DNA of 54,458 nucleotides from the NCBI GenBank assembly GCA_963575745.1, contig CAUYUJ010000240.1:62001-116458 (forward strand), read 5' to 3'. The notes beneath the pieces were generated by a model, which was not told the DNA's origin, ran no database searches, and saw nothing but the letters and a program-made list of their open reading frames with translations. The DNA is from Prorocentrum cordatum (Eukaryota). The translations under genes and the position numbers were made by a program. The number at the start of each line of letters is the position of its first letter. Within the stretch, counting starts at the first letter, position 1. This document shows positions 1 through 13,225 of this stretch, piece by piece.

Positions 1-945
1 GGTAAGATGAAAAAGGAATTAAGATCTCATGTTGACTCTGCTCAGGGAGAGCGGAGGCAGGATGAGACATTGATAAGACAGATATCCGTTAAGCTAAACC
101 ACTCTATCAGGAATAGGAAGGGAGGAGGAATGCCGAGGACGGACGACGACGAATCGCCCGTGCGCCCCAGCGCGCTCCTTTTCTCTCCTGCCAGCCGAGG
201 TCGGCTGGTTTGAGCAGTTATACAGCTGCAGAAACGCAGCATCAGTTCACGCGGACAGTTCATTGCATGCAATCTAAGTTATGTTCTAATTGAGTATGAG
301 GCGGAGAGGAGCATATTTACTCGTCCTCCTCCTCCGCTGCCGCCTCCTCCCGCTTCATTCACATTTTCCGCGTCCTCCTTTGCCGATGGAGACCGCCGCG
401 CCCGTTGACCTGCCGCGCCCCTGCTGCGAGTTCGAGGCTACGTCGTCGAACGAGCTCCATAGACGTTGTACCACTCATCTTGATGAGGCTTCCATCAACG
501 TCCCCGGCTGAGGATGTGCAAGGCTCTCTGAATCTTCTTACATTCATCCCCATCTTCATCATCAATATGACATCGACACCACCGACGCCACTGGTACGAC
601 GCCGACGACGCCGGCACCACCGTTACCACACCGAAGCCGTCAGAACAACCCCGCCTCCATTACGACGCCGACGCCGCCGGCGCCGCCATTACGAGACCGA
701 CGCCGCCGTTGCGACGCCGCCGCCGTTACGACACCGACGCTGCCGTTACGACGATCTGGGAATTTCCTGAAGGGTCGCGATCATGACATCGTCTCTGCAG
801 GTATGAGGGTCGAATTCGTGCCACCACTTTTTGGTTTGTCTCCCACACTCCGACATCCCCTGTGCCGGGATGGAGGCCTGGCAGCTCGGCGCCGCTGGCG
901 AGAGAGTCCGTGCCGTGGGTGAAAAGCGTCGCGTTGTGGCAGTGT

Positions 946-1061
946 GTGGTGGTGGTGGTGGTGGTGGTGGTGGTGGTGGTGGTGGTGGTGGTGGTGGTGG
1001 TGGTGGTGGTGGTGGTCGTGGTGGTTGTGGTGGTCGTGGTGGTGGTGGTGGTGGTGGTGGT
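946..1061. repeat. (GGT)n microsatellite
   Basis: Near-pure GGT run; explains the poly-V/G/T/H ORFs here. Confidence 0.95.
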
Positions 1062-1062
1062 G

Positions 1063-1395
1063 ATGTGGGGGGAGGGCGATCCGCACGCGAAGAACATGAA
1101 GAAACTCCTGCTGCTGGTGGCGAAGCTCGGCCTGAAACGCGCCCGCTATGTGCGCGCAGTTGATGCCGTCCTGTTCAGGACGAGGAAGCTCGAGCACGGC
1201 AGCGCGATCGCTCATGCTGCTCTCGAGGCCGTGAATGCTTGGGCCGACGGCGTTGAGGAGATGCAGCCTGAGCATCCGCCGGCTGCGTACACCTGGGCAG
1301 CCATCACCCGTCCAGCGGCCGCCGTCCAGGGCGCGGGTGGCATCGAGCCCGTACCCCTGCAGATGGTCTTCTGGGAAGCATGCACTATGCTGTGA
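1063..1395 (+). pseudogene. Possible remnant of a small ORF related to the LINE-associated ORF at 19400
   Basis: KLLLLVAKLGLKRARYVRAVDAVLFRT...PPAAYTWAA resembles by eye AMACLVLSHDLLFRDLGSACFT...GPPLPYLTEAA in the spacing of L, R, T and PP..Y..AA. Confidence 0.3.
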
Positions 1396-1824
1396 GCAAC
1401 GACATTATCAACAAACCAACACTGCCGCCAACGCCAGCGACTATATATGCAAAGAGGCGCTGGCAATGCTCGCCCAGTCACCCGCTGGCCAAGCTAACAG
1501 GCCAACCGCCTTCGCGCAAATCTTCAACGACGGCTGCCGCGTGAACTCCTGGGGGCCTTCGCCTCCTTGCTGCGTTGCCGCTGCTATTTCATAGCCTTGC
1601 TCCTGCGCGTGGCCCCGCAGACGCGGTGGCCATTGGTGGCGCAACGGCTACGACACGCCACGTTGTCTTCACCCGTCCCGGAATACCAGGGCCGACAGGC
1701 CGCGAGTCGCTACGGGGGTCAATGCGGCCACAAATGATCCCGATCTAGTTGCCGACGTTGCGCAACATGACCATCGGTGAAGCAAGGCAGTCGGGGATCT
1801 ACCGACCCAGGTCAGGCCAGACCC

Positions 1825-1950
1825 GGGTCAGTCAGGCTGTGCAGGATCCTGCAGGATCCTGTAAGACCCTGCAGGATCCTGCGCCCAAGCCTGGGCCTAT
1901 GCAACACTGGCTCTGCAGGATCCTGCAAGATAGGGCGCTCTGACTGACCC
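1825..1950. mobile_element. 126-bp MITE-like element
   Basis: 11-bp inverted termini GGGTCAGTCAG (1825-1835) and CTGACTGACCC (1940-1950); several internal palindromic GCAGGATCCTGC copies. Confidence 0.45.
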
Positions 1951-4261
1951 TCGTTTGCATCGACCCGCGTCTCTTGAGCTCCGATGCAGCATGGGCACGA
2001 GAAGCCCGGGTTGCCTACGAGATGGCCCCTGGGCCATCGCGTAAGCAGGGGGGGCAAACGAGGCGCGCGCGACCCAGCGCGCGCCCCCGAGCTCTGCCTG
2101 GCGACGCGCGGGGGGGGGGGGGGCAAACGAGGCGCGCGCGACCCGGCGCGCGCGCTCCCGATCTCCGCCTGCGCCGCTGGCAGTGGTCGGTGGCCTCCGT
2201 GAGGGCCTCCCCCACGGAGGACACCGACCGTTGCGTAAGCATCGCGTTCGTGCCACGGCAGCTCTCGACGAGCCTCTCGGATCCCAGCGCTACCCCGCAC
2301 GGCCCAGCACGGCCGCGGGAGCGGCCCAGGATTCCCAGGATCCTTCCGGGATGCCGAACTTGGGGGCGGCCAAAAGGGGGGCGTCCAAGAGGAGGGGTGC
2401 AAATCATGGCCGGCGGCATGTGCGCGGCCCAAGGGGGGGGGGCCAGGGACGTAATGAACTAAGAAAAGGCGCAATGAAATCAGGGGAAATATCACGGCCC
2501 ACGAAAATGAGATCCCCCCCCCACTAGTCATCACCCCCCTCTTTTCCGCCCCCGAACACGTCTCCCAGAAACCAAATCCGGGGGCGGCCCAGGCCCCTCT
2601 GGAGGCCCAGGCCGCCCCTTTGCGGGAGGTCCCACGGAGGCTTGCGACGGTGGCCCCGAAGCCTTCGCGGGCAGCCCAGGGGCCCCCGGGGGGCTCCTCG
2701 GGAACCACAGGAGGCATCCCAGGAGTCCCACTGCTCTCTCCAAGAAGATCTCCAGGAGGCCCAGGAAGCCCCTGGGGGGGGCCCAGGGGGGGGCCCTCGT
2801 GAAACCCATCTGGGCCTCCCTAAAAACCCAACCCGTACAGCTATGTAGTAATCAGAAGCGCACCTTATGTTGTAGGATAAGGGTTCCCACTTTCGCGAAT
2901 GTATCGCAAAGTGGGGCCCCGACCCAACAACAGTGGACGGACATGAAATCTTATATATTCTTGTATGGGGCACGCGGAGCATGTATTAAAAACAGCACTG
3001 TAAGGAGGCCCAAGACACCTGTGGGGGCTCTCGGGCCCCATGGGGCCCCTTCGGAAAGCCAGAAAAGCCTCTCGGGAAGCCAGGCCGCCCTCTTGCCGAA
3101 GCCGGAGAAGAGCCCCTCGACAAACGCCAACGAGATCTCTCAGGAGGCCCGGGGGGCGGCTCTCCGAAGGTCCACGACGCCTCGCATGGGGCTCCCGAGA
3201 CCTCTCGGAGGGCCCGCCCAAGAAACTTTCAGGATCCCACAACTCGAGTAGGGGATCAACTACAGAATTGATTTACCCCGAAATTGATTTAGTCGTCGCA
3301 TCTAGAACGGAAAAAGTAAAGCGCTCGTGAACTGCTACGTATTCCCTCGGCGATTCGACGAGCATGCGAATTTAAGGTCAATAATTTTGCATGTGATCTC
3401 CTACTCGAAGCACAAAGAGTCCACAACAAGAAGACACATGCGCGTCAGACGGCCGCCCGCGCGCGGGAAAGCCGAGGGATCGCGAGGAAGAAAAGACGGT
3501 ACACCCGAGAGAAGGATAAGAGAGCGTATGGGGCCTGTGCCCTCCCGCGCCCCCCTTCGCCCCCTCTGCGCCCCACCCCCCCTTCACCTATCATTCACTT
3601 TGCACTGCGCCCCAAACACCCCCCTCTCCGCTGTCCGACTCGCGCGGCGAGGAGCTTGATCACGAAGCCAAGCCCCGACGCTGCGCGGAAAGCCGAGGCG
3701 TTGAAAGCACCCCGAGACCCCGCCCTCCCCCTGGCCCGAGCCCCTGCCAGGCTCGAGCTGCCCAGCAAGCCCGGCAGATGACGGAAATAATTCATACGTG
3801 GGGGTTCGTGTGGGCCTCTTCAGATGAAGAGGCCCACGAAAACGCCATCATCACGCACCGCCAGCAGGTGTGGGGAGACCAAGAGGTACCGATACCGCTA
3901 CTCCCCAAACATCTCCCGGGGTGCGTTCTGACCAGAATTTCGAGGCGAATCCAGCGGTGGCGACGAGGGCCTCCGAGGAGGCCCAGAAACGGGGAACAAC
4001 GGGCGGAGGGTAGAGGTATAGGTACCTTTGAGCGCGTTTCTTCATGTTCGGTGATGACGGGGGTCATGGGGGGGGGGCGCGGGGCGAGGGGGGGGTATGA
4101 CGTAACGCCCCCCCCGCCGTGTGGCTTCGGCACCGCAGCCGCGCCCGCGCGCGCGACGAGCGACGAGCGACGAGCGACGACGACGACAACGACGACCACG
4201 ACGACGGTCACGACGACGACGACGTCGACGACGAGAGCAGCATGTAGGTGGCCAAAGCCCC

Positions 4262-4553
4262 ACTGCGCCTGTGTACATCACAACGCTCGCGTGCACCACA
4301 GCGCGCGTGTATACCACAGCGCGTGCGTACACCGCAACAACCGTGTGCAACGCAGCGCCTGTGTACACCACAATGCTTGCGTACACTACAGCGCCGGCGT
4401 ACAATTGCACACCGCGGCTACCATGTGCAACGCAGCGCCTGTGTACACCACAGTGCTCGCGTGCACGGCAGCGCCTGTGCACGCCACAGCGTGTGTCTAC
4501 ACCACAGCATCCGCGTGCAACGCAGCGCTGGTGTACACCACAATGCCTGCGTG
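4262..4553. repeat. Degenerate 18-bp minisatellite (GCGTGTGTACACCACAGC-like)
   Basis: About 16 tandem units; the ACVHHS periodicity in translation reflects it. Confidence 0.8.
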
Positions 4554-5178
4554 CATAAGACAGGTAGAAAGAGCATGTACGTGAGGATCTGTTGCGGACA
4601 ACTAGACGCCACGCCAAGAAATTGCTGATAATCGAATGCGACGTTCTTCTCACCTCCCTCCTCCTCCTCTTCCACCTCCACATCCTCCTCCTCCTCCTCA
4701 TCCGCCTCCTCCTCCTCCTCATCCTCCTTACCCCCCGTCGCGCGGGTTGGCGCTACAGCGCACGTGCGCATCTCAGCGCGCACCGCAGAATGGTTTAATG
4801 AATCGGCCCACTTAGGTTCTCGGACGGCCAATTTAGCTGGAACCTCCTGGACGCAAAAGGAAGAGTTAGGGTGATGCGGGCGGACTCGGGAGGACACGTA
4901 GATTCCAGCGGCGCACCGTTGTCCATGAAGGTTATGTTATGTTGTTTTCTGTGAAATCCACAAACGATCCACTACGCGGACACCTACGCGGATCCCAATG
5001 CGCACAGCGGCAGTGCTCGGAGCGCACTGGGGGGCGTTGCCCGGAACGCACTGGAGGGGGGAACGTTACGTCTTAGGGGGGGGGGGACCGGGGGCCATGA
5101 CGCCCGTCATGCTCCAAGCGATAAAGAAACGGGCTCTTTCCCTCCTCCGAAGGTGACGGACCCCGGGCAGCTAAAGTA

Positions 5179-5587
5179 CATCATTTCCAGTGCGAAGACG
5201 GCCGAAGCGCTGGCCAACGACGCTATTGAACATCATCTCGCAGATCGCACGCTGCCGGCGGAGCCTCTGGTCAGAAGCATCCTGCGTGCTGCTCCGGTGG
5301 CCGCCAGATGAACGGGTATCGAGAGGGACAACGCTAACGCCTGAGGGGCGAACGCGCTCAAAAAAACGGGCCAGCCGGCAAGTTGACAAAACAAAACGCT
5401 GACCCAACTTTTCGGGAGGAGGTTTCTTAATCAGATGCTCGACTGCACATCATCTCCAGTGCGAAGACGGCCGAAGCGTTCGCCAACAACGCTATCGAGC
5501 ATCACCTCGCAGATCGCACGCTGCCGGCGGTGAGCCTCTGGTCAGAAGCATCGTGTGTGCTGATCCGGTGGCCGCCAGACGAACGGG
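5179..5587. repeat. Local direct duplication of ~140 bp (5179-5316 and 5447-5587)
   Basis: ACATCATYTCCAGTGCGAAGACGGCCGAAGCG...GCCGCCAGAYGAACGGG occurs twice. Confidence 0.85.
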
Positions 5588-6156
5588 CAGCCCTCCTCCT
5601 CCTAGCGATGGTAGCCAACAGCGAGTGAATCTTCGAGGGCGCAGCGCGTGAACTGCGTGCTGCGCCAGTCGGTCCCTGAGTCTTCTCGCTGTGCGCCGTG
5701 CAACCTGTCAAGAAGGAGGATGACGGAGGAAAAGGACGAGGAGACGAAGGAGGAGGAGGGCGACGACGACGAGGACGAGAACGACGACGAGGCATCTACT
5801 ACCACAAGGCGGGGCGCCTGCGAGTGGGTCGTCGGGGGCCCTACCGTGCACTCGGCGACGAGGGGCAGGGTGCACTGCCGCGAGGTGAACGGCGGGGGTA
5901 GAGCTCTGCTCAGGATCTAGTCGTGATGCGGGTATTTGGGGAGGTCCCTGAGGCAGTGGGTCGCCGTAACCTCCTGCTCCCCCTCACCCTCCTCCTTCTC
6001 CCCTCCTCCTCCTTCTCTTCTCCTCCTTCTCTCCTCCCTCTTCATCCTCATGGTTCTTGTCATCCTCCTGGCCGTCCTTTCCGTCCTTCTACTCCTAGCC
6101 GCACTCCTCCTCTTTTTCTTAGGCAAGCCGCCAAGCGAAGGCTCGTAGCGTCAGCC

Positions 6157-6350
6157 TTCCTCCTCCTCCTCCTCCTCCTCCTCCTCCTCCTCCTCCTCCC
6201 CCTCCTCCTCCTCCTCCTCCACCTCCTCCCCCTCCTCCTCCTCCTCCTCCTCCGCCTCCTCTCCTCCTCCTCCTCCGCCTCCTCCTCCTCCTCCTCCTCC
6301 GCCTCCGCCTCCGCCTCCTCCTCCTCCTCCTCCTCCTCCTCCTCCTCCTC
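6157..6350. repeat. (CCT)n microsatellite
   Basis: Long CCT run; similar tracts near 9270, 41660, 44720, 46840-47420, 48850, 51690 and 52980. Confidence 0.95.
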
Positions 6351-6822
6351 CGTAAGACGCATCAGCCCATCCCCCGAACCCCTCGAGCCATGAACCAATC
6401 ACGACGGACTGCTTTGTCCCCCCCCTCCGCACAGCCATCATGCCAACGGGCTCCAAACACTCTAGGTCTGAGGAGCGGCCCGATCAACAGAGCACCTCCA
6501 GAGCCCGAGGTGGTCCTTATTTCAGTGACTTGCCTGCAATTTTCGGCTGCACGCAAGAGTGACCCTGGGCAAGAGTGACCTTTGGTGCGCGGCTTTTTGG
6601 GGGCCGCGGGGGGACCAAACCTGGGCGCGCAAGCCGCTGCTCCTGCTTCGTTTTCAGCCATCTGGGGACTCATCTGTGCCCGCACCAAAGGTCACTCCGA
6701 CGAAAGGTCACTCTTACGTCTAGTCGAAATTTTGCCCCTGGGAGCCCTTGCCGGGCATCGGGGTCGTCAAAGACCGACCCAGGATGAACAGCCAATCCTG
6801 GGGAAGACAGTGGAGGCCAGTC

Positions 6823-6972
6823 CACAAGAAACCTTCCACAAGAAACCCTACCCTGAGACCCCATGACGTCCATGGACTTCTGACGTGGGAACGTCACGCT
6901 TTCCTTGACAGCAAACATCGACACCCACGTAACCCAGGGCACCCTGGAGGCAAGCAGGGTGCTTCTTGGCAT
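6823..6972 (+). repeat. Dispersed repeat family, copy 1 (others ~48022-48365 and ~53878-54040)
   Basis: Shared CACAAGAAACC..CCACAAGAAACCC.ACCCTGAGACC ... GGGA.CGTCACGC ... ACCCAGGGCACCCTGGAGGC..CAGGGTG.TTCTTGG blocks. Confidence 0.75.
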
Positions 6973-7769
6973 GGGCCCCCACTGCAGGTCGAGAACTCGG
7001 GGCGCCGGCGTGATGAACAAAGCACGACGTCGGGGGTCTGGGGACCCCCCTCCACGTCCGCCTTCCCCCTCACGGCTGCTCCTCCTGCCCATCTCCTGCC
7101 CCCCTCCAGCTCGCGCCTGCTCCGACCATCGATGAACCTCCCATCTTCGTTTCGGCCCCCCTCCCCGTCGAACTCCCCGCCGTCGTCGTCTTCCTCGGCC
7201 TCCTCCCTCTTCTCGGGCATGCCGCGAGCCAGGCGTGGGGCGCTGACCTCGTGTCCTCCCATCTCCCCTTTCGTGGGGAAAGCGCCGGTCCTGGCAGAGA
7301 CGTGTCCTGGATCCCGGGGGCCCTTCAGCAACTTCGGGGCACAAGCGCCTCGGGTCTCATCGGATGTGCTCGTTCGATGCCGAGCCGCACCCAAAAATCC
7401 GATGTCTTGCTTGCTCAAGACAAGTTCCCCGGAAATGCCGACCCTTTCCCAGAGCCAGCTCGTCATCCCCCAGCCGCTCTGTGACGGCCAGGGCATCCCG
7501 AGCTGCCCTCGGAGAGTCCGTGGAGCCCTGGAAGGGCCCCGCAAGGGGACGGAAATCGGCGAGCCATGACCTGCTTGCTTCATGGCGGCTCCCCCCGCCT
7601 TTCCCCTCCTCATGCTCGCTGGCGTGTCTGCAGGGGCCCTGGGACACACAAATTCGCCGGCCCAACGGGCCAGAGGCGTTCTAAGATCTCCGGTAACTGG
7701 TAAACAGTATTTCTGGTTCGCGCGCGCGGGGCGGCCCCTGGGGATCCCTGGATCAAAAGTACCCCAGAT

Positions 7770-9090
7770 CCTCCAGGATCGCCCCAAGAGGGCCCCAAGA
7801 GGCCCCCAACACAATCCAAGAGAGGTCCGAGACGCCCGAAGATCGCTCCACGGCGCCCAAGATGGCCTCCAGACTGCCCAAGACGTCTCCAAGATGGCCC
7901 AAGAAGCCTCCAAGATGGGCCCCAAGAGGCCTCCAGGAGCACTCCCAAGAGGGCCCCAAGAGGCAAAAATAAATGCTTTTTCTTAGGTTTTGGACAGATT
8001 TGGGCGTTTCAACCTTTTCGGTTCCCCGACGCCCCTAAACGGCTCAAGAGGCCTCCAAGATCGCCCCAAGAGGGCCCAAGAGGCCCTCAAAAGGGCCCCA
8101 AGACGGCCCAAGACGGCTCCAAGACGGCCCCAGAGGCCTCCAAGACGGCCCAAGAGGGCCCCAAGAACGCCCCCAACACGGTCCAAGAGAGGTCCGAGAC
8201 GCCCGAAGATCGCTCCACGGCGCCCAAGATGGCCTCCAGACGGCCCAAGACGTCTCCAAGATGGCCCAAGAAGCCTCCAAGATGCCCCAAGAGGCCTCCA
8301 AGAGAACTCCCAAGAGGCAAACAAATGTGTGTTTCGTTGGTTTTGGACAGATTTTGGCGTTTTAACCTTTTCGGTTCTCCGACGCCCCTAAACGGCTCAA
8401 GAGGCCTCCAAGATCGCCCCAAGAGGGCCCAAGAGGCCCCCAAGAGGGCCCCAAGACGGCCCAAGACGGCTCCAAGACGGGCCCAGAGGCCTCCAGGACG
8501 GCCCAAGAGGGCCCCAAGAACGCCCCCAACACGGTCCAAGAGAGGTCCGAGACGCCCGAATATCGCTCCACGACGCCCAAGATGGCCTCCAGACGGCCCA
8601 AGACGTCTCCAAGATGACCCAAGAAGCCTCCAAGATCCCCAGGAGGTCTCCAAGTGCATTCCCAAGAGGGCCCCAAGAGGCAAACAAACAATGTTTTTTC
8701 TTAGGCTTTGGACAGATTTGGGCGTTTCAACCTTTTCGGTTCCCCGACGCCCCTAAACGGCTCAAGAGGCCTCCAAGATCGCCCCAAAAGGGCCCAAGAG
8801 GTCCCCAAAAGGGCTCCAAGATGGCCCAAGACGCCTCCAAGACGGCCCAAGAGGCCTCCAAGACGGCCCAAGAGGGCCCCAAGAACGCTTCAAGAACGCC
8901 CCAAGAGGGGGTTCACGAAACATAATTTCGAGCTCTCGGCCCTTAGAGGCCCCCGGGAGGCCCCAAGACGCCCTCAAAGGCCCCAAGAGGCCCCCAAGAG
9001 GCCCTCAAGAGGCCTCAAGAGGCCTCCAAAAGGCCCTCTGGAGGCCTCCAAAAAACCCTCAGGAGGCCCCCAGGACGCCTCCAAGACTCC
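7770..9090. repeat. CCAAGA-rich composite satellite with ~350-365-bp higher-order unit
   Basis: Anchor TTGGACAGATTT.GGCGTTT.AACCTTTTCGGTT recurs at ~7990, ~8343 and ~8709; the interior is built from ~11-bp GGCCYCCAAGA units. Confidence 0.85.
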
Positions 9091-10784
9091 AGCCAGACGC
9101 GACTTGGGAAACGCGGGTCGGGGCGGTCCTCCTCCCCCGCGTTCGGCCTCCAGCCTCGAGCCTCGACCCTCCACGACGACGACGACGCCGGCGGGCGGCG
9201 GCGGCGGGCGGCGGCGGCGGCGACGACGACGACGACAACAAAGGCGCTCCTCATCGCTCCTCATCCCCCTCCTCCTTCCTCCTCCTCCTCCTCCTCCTCT
9301 TCCTCCTCCTCCTCCTCCTCGTCGTCGTCCTCCTCCTCCTCCTCCTCCGGACCAATTAGAAAAGAGATGGTAAGAGAAGCGCCACAAGAAAGTGTTCCTT
9401 CACGCCCGTGTCCGCAACGCCAGAGGACATCAGGACGATAACAGAGCCAACGTTAGCATTCAAAGCCCGCCACCCTCCGACACGAGGGTTCCCCTATCAC
9501 ATAAGATGTCTCTTCCCCCGGCTCGAGCGGCCCCACAGCGGGATACCACGGGTAACACGCCCCCACGATGGCACCAAAGCCGTCAAAAAACTGCAAACAC
9601 CTAGAAGCCCCATGAAAAAAACATTAACAAATTTATCGACAACTACACAGCTCCCGATGCCGCAGCTCCACACTGCAAACGACCACTCGGACAGGCGACC
9701 ACGGTGCGACATTATGGGCCGGCGGAATGAGCGAAGCGATTAAAAAGGTAAACACAAATCACAGGACTCCCCACATGTTCCCCTATTTTCCGGCTTTCTT
9801 GTCTTCCCCCCCACTCCTCATATTTGCCCATATTTTCTGGGGGATCGACGATTACTTGTGTCTGTGTGTGTTTTTCCCTCCCGAGCGTCTGAAGGCAGGC
9901 CGTGGCGGGGTTCCGGGCGCGCGGGCACCGAGCAGAGAGCCTCCGACGCCAGACTTGGGAGCACAGGCCTGCCCCCACTGGACGAGAGGTTTATCACACC
10001 CGACTGGCCCTCCTCTTGCGCAGGTGGTCCAGCGGGTTGGTTCTTGTGGTCCCTTTCTTCCCATGGGGCGGGGGGGGGGGCGGACCACCGCATCTTGTTC
10101 CCGATAGGCTCAGGTGGTGATGCCTTCACCTCCCTCCTTCCTCGTCGTTCCTTCCTGCTGCCTGCCTCCTCTCTCTCTCTCTCTCCTAACCTTCTCCCCT
10201 TAACACTCAGGCTCACTGACACTCAGACCCACTCGCAATGATGGTGGACCATTGCTTCTCGGTCATGTCCCCCTTCCCCCCCTCCAGCGGCCGCCGACCC
10301 GACTCCATGCAACGACCCCCCCCCCAAGCATCCTTACCAACAGTGAAACGTGCCCATGCCGCCGAACGTTTGGTCATACGCGAGCACCTCACCACTGAGT
10401 CGGCATTGGTCTTTGCCAGGGGTTGCGGGTGGTGCTGGCGGTGGGGGATGTCCAGTTGCGCATTGGCCCACTTTTTTAAACAAGAGCGAGTGTGTAGTGA
10501 CCTATTGTGTGTACTCGCTACACAGTGCTGACCAGACCGCCGTCACTGTGTGCTGGCTGTTGACGGACGGTTGAGAGGGCGCGAGTGTGTGCGTGCACGC
10601 GTGCGTGCGTGCATGTGCATGTGTCTGTGTGTGCATGTGTGTATATGTGTGTGTGGGTGTGTGTGGGGGGGTTGTATGTGTTCGTGCGTGTGTGTGTGTG
10701 TGCATGTGTGGATGTGTGCTGGTTCGCGCGCGCGCGCGTGTGCTTGCGGCCCGGCGCGCGGACTTCGCGCACGTCGGCGCTGGC

Positions 10785-10993
10785 ATGAACTGGTTGGCCA
10801 AGCGACGCCTGCTAGAGCGTGGCCAGCTTGCGCTGGACGCGGCTGGCGCGCTCCAGGCGGTGCTGACGGGGAACGTGGATCACCGAGTCGGTGGCGGCCA
10901 AGTGGGGCAGGCCAGCGCGCTGCCCGCACTGCGGCCCGAGGTCTGGCACTCCGCGCTGGCTTCCGGGGGCTTCGCGCCCGTTGCCCTCCTGGA
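10785..10993 (+). pseudogene. LINE pol C-terminal remnant (upstream part)
   Basis: GALQAVLTGNV followed, after a frameshift, by AAKWGRPARCPHCG (LINE-type Cys motif); rejoins in frame with 12695 (VALLE|RLPA). Confidence 0.45.
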
Positions 10994-12690
10994 GTAAGAT
11001 GAAGCCGGGATCGGGGCAAAATTTGACCGGGATAAAAATCATGTTCGGTTTTTTCAAATCACCGGGGGCGCCGCCGAACGGGCCTGCCACGCCTTGGGCG
11101 CCATCGGCTTCGCGAGGGAAGAAATGCGCCCCGGCGCGGATGAAGCCACGGCGCGTATTTGGCCACGCGCGCGCCCGAGGGAATTCAGCGCCAAGCGCCT
11201 TTCACTCCAGAAGGCCCGACGTCAACAAAACAAACTTGAGGCCCCAAGGGGGCCCCAAGGAGGCGGACCGCCAAAACAATCACGCAACCAACGCAACGAA
11301 AAAAACACGAAAATGTCAAAAAGCGCGTTATTCAGTGACCTCTTCGGCCACGCAACGCCGCGATAATGCCCAAGAATGCATTGGAACAAAAAGTCCCGCG
11401 CGCGGCCAGGCGACTTCCCCGCGCCGCCCCAAAGTTCCCGAAACGCGCCGAAATAACCGTAGAGAACACCCCGGAAAGTCCTTGGAAAGTCCCCGCGCCA
11501 TGCAAGATCCGCCACCGAACAATCTCGCGGAGACCTAGCGCGTACGCGCGGGCGTCCACCACGGATGCCCAACTCCGGTTTCCGAGACAAACGCGCGCAA
11601 CCGCCTGGGGGCCTCGGCAACCTCGCGATTGGCCCAGGGGCCCGCGGGCCCCAGGGAACCGAATACCGAGTTCGCAACTCCGGAAGCATCGGGCGCGGCG
11701 CCAGGAACCGCTTTTCAGAGATTCACGGAACCAGACACTTGGGCGCGCCAAATTCTCGCGCCCGAACTTCTCTGAGAATCTCTGAAAATCTCTGAACTAC
11801 CCACCCCGCGTGAAACATTCCCATAAACCCAAAACCTCGGAGCTGGCCGAAACTCTCTGAGAGTTTTTCGGCCCGCGAAATTTGGCGCGCCCAGATTTCT
11901 GGTTCCGAGATTCTCTGAAATCGGACTGCGGCGGCGCCCAACAGGTCCTCGCGCGCCCAGGGTGGGGGCCGTGGACATCGCGGGCCGCGATGGTCCTGAC
12001 CGCGAGGTCCTTCCTCCTGCCCCTCGACGAATCCACGCTCGTGGACACGCTCTCTGCGCTGAGCGTGGACCGCGCCCGCCGGCACTTCTGCGCGACGACG
12101 GCCAACTTGCCGCCGACGGACAAGGCGATTTTTCTCCGAGCTGCGCGTGCCACCGAAAATGTACAATAGCCCCGGGCTTGGTGAGAAACATGTTCGAAGC
12201 ATTTTCAGGCCGCCAGCGTCGTGGCTGCCGACCCGCCGCGCGCCGACCGAGAGACTGGCAGGGTCCACTACGTCCACGGCGGCGGGCGGGCGCCCAAGAG
12301 AACTGTCGCCACGGTGCGCGCGGCGGGGCGCCCGCCCAACTGCAACCGCAAATGCGGTCCCCATGGCGCCACAGGCGTAATATGTGCGACGCATTCTCGG
12401 GCCCCCCAGGAGCGCATTGACCAGCGCCGAAGTCTCTGAAATACAAACCTACTGCGCCCCCCGTGGAAGCCGCGCACCCGCTCACAATGCTCGTGCACAC
12501 CAGATTTTCTGCCCGCCCTCAGCAGTTTAATTGAGCGCCCATGTGTTACTTGGGTTCCTCAAGCCCTCGAACACTCTTTGGGAACTTCTGCGAATGCGCG
12601 CGCTACGCTCCACAAATCGGCGTTCTATTTTTCTCTGGAACTCTCCCAGAATCTCTGGTTCCGATTTGTCCCGATCTTCCGCTCAACTGA
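10994..12690. mobile_element. Non-autonomous TIR-type DNA element inserted in a LINE remnant
   Basis: TGGA on both flanks (10990-10993 and 12691-12694); imperfect terminal inverted repeats with core GATCGGGGCAAA versus reverse-complement GATCGGGACAAA; internal TCTCTGAGA/AA repeats; no coding signal. Confidence 0.55.
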
Positions 12691-12859
12691 TGGAACGCCT
12701 GCCAGCTGGGGCGGAAACAACTCTGGCGCCTGCCCACGAGACGCTCGGCTGGCTGGGGGGCCGCGGCCTCAGCAGCGTTGCCCGCGGCAGCGTTGCCGGC
12801 GCATGCGCTGCCCGCTCCCGCGCTACCTCTGGGCGCGCTGCGGCGCTGCCGCGCCCGGG

Positions 12860-13225
12860 CGGAGGGGGCCCGCGAGCCCCCGACCGCCCCGCTCTCGGCG
12901 CGTGCTGGCTGCAGCTTGCGGCTAGAGGATTCTGGCGGCGCAGCGGGCTGAGCGGACTGCGGCGCTGCGCGCTGTCAGCCTGGCCAGCGGCCCCGTGGCA
13001 ACCACTACCGATCCGCAAGACGTGCGAGATGGAGCGGTGGCCCTCCTGAACGGAGCCTCGCCGCGGGAATGGGCGAACAGTGACATGTGGGCACGGCTGG
13101 CGCCTTTCTGCCCATCGGGCTTCGCTGCCGCGCGGTGGGCCAAAGACCACAGGAAACGGCGGACGTAGGGCCTCTCCGAGGAGGACAGGCGCGGCAACGC
13201 CGCGGCGGACCGGCCGGCTTGGGCG
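12860..13225 (+). pseudogene. Degenerate RNase H domain of a non-LTR retrotransposon
   Basis: From 12941: QRAERTAALRAV...TTDPQDVRDG...EWANSDMWARL...RWAKDH, then frameshifted GNAAADRPA; matches RNase HI motifs xAELxA, TDSxYV, NxDLW, WVKAH and GNxxAD. Confidence 0.7.

Noticed and set aside
7753..9387. Long Arg/Pro-rich ORFs on both strands
   Set aside because: By-products of the stop-poor CCAAGA satellite.
10994..12690. Insert as an intron or introner because it begins GTAAG
   Set aside because: No AG acceptor at the right junction, and the host sequence is a decayed LINE.
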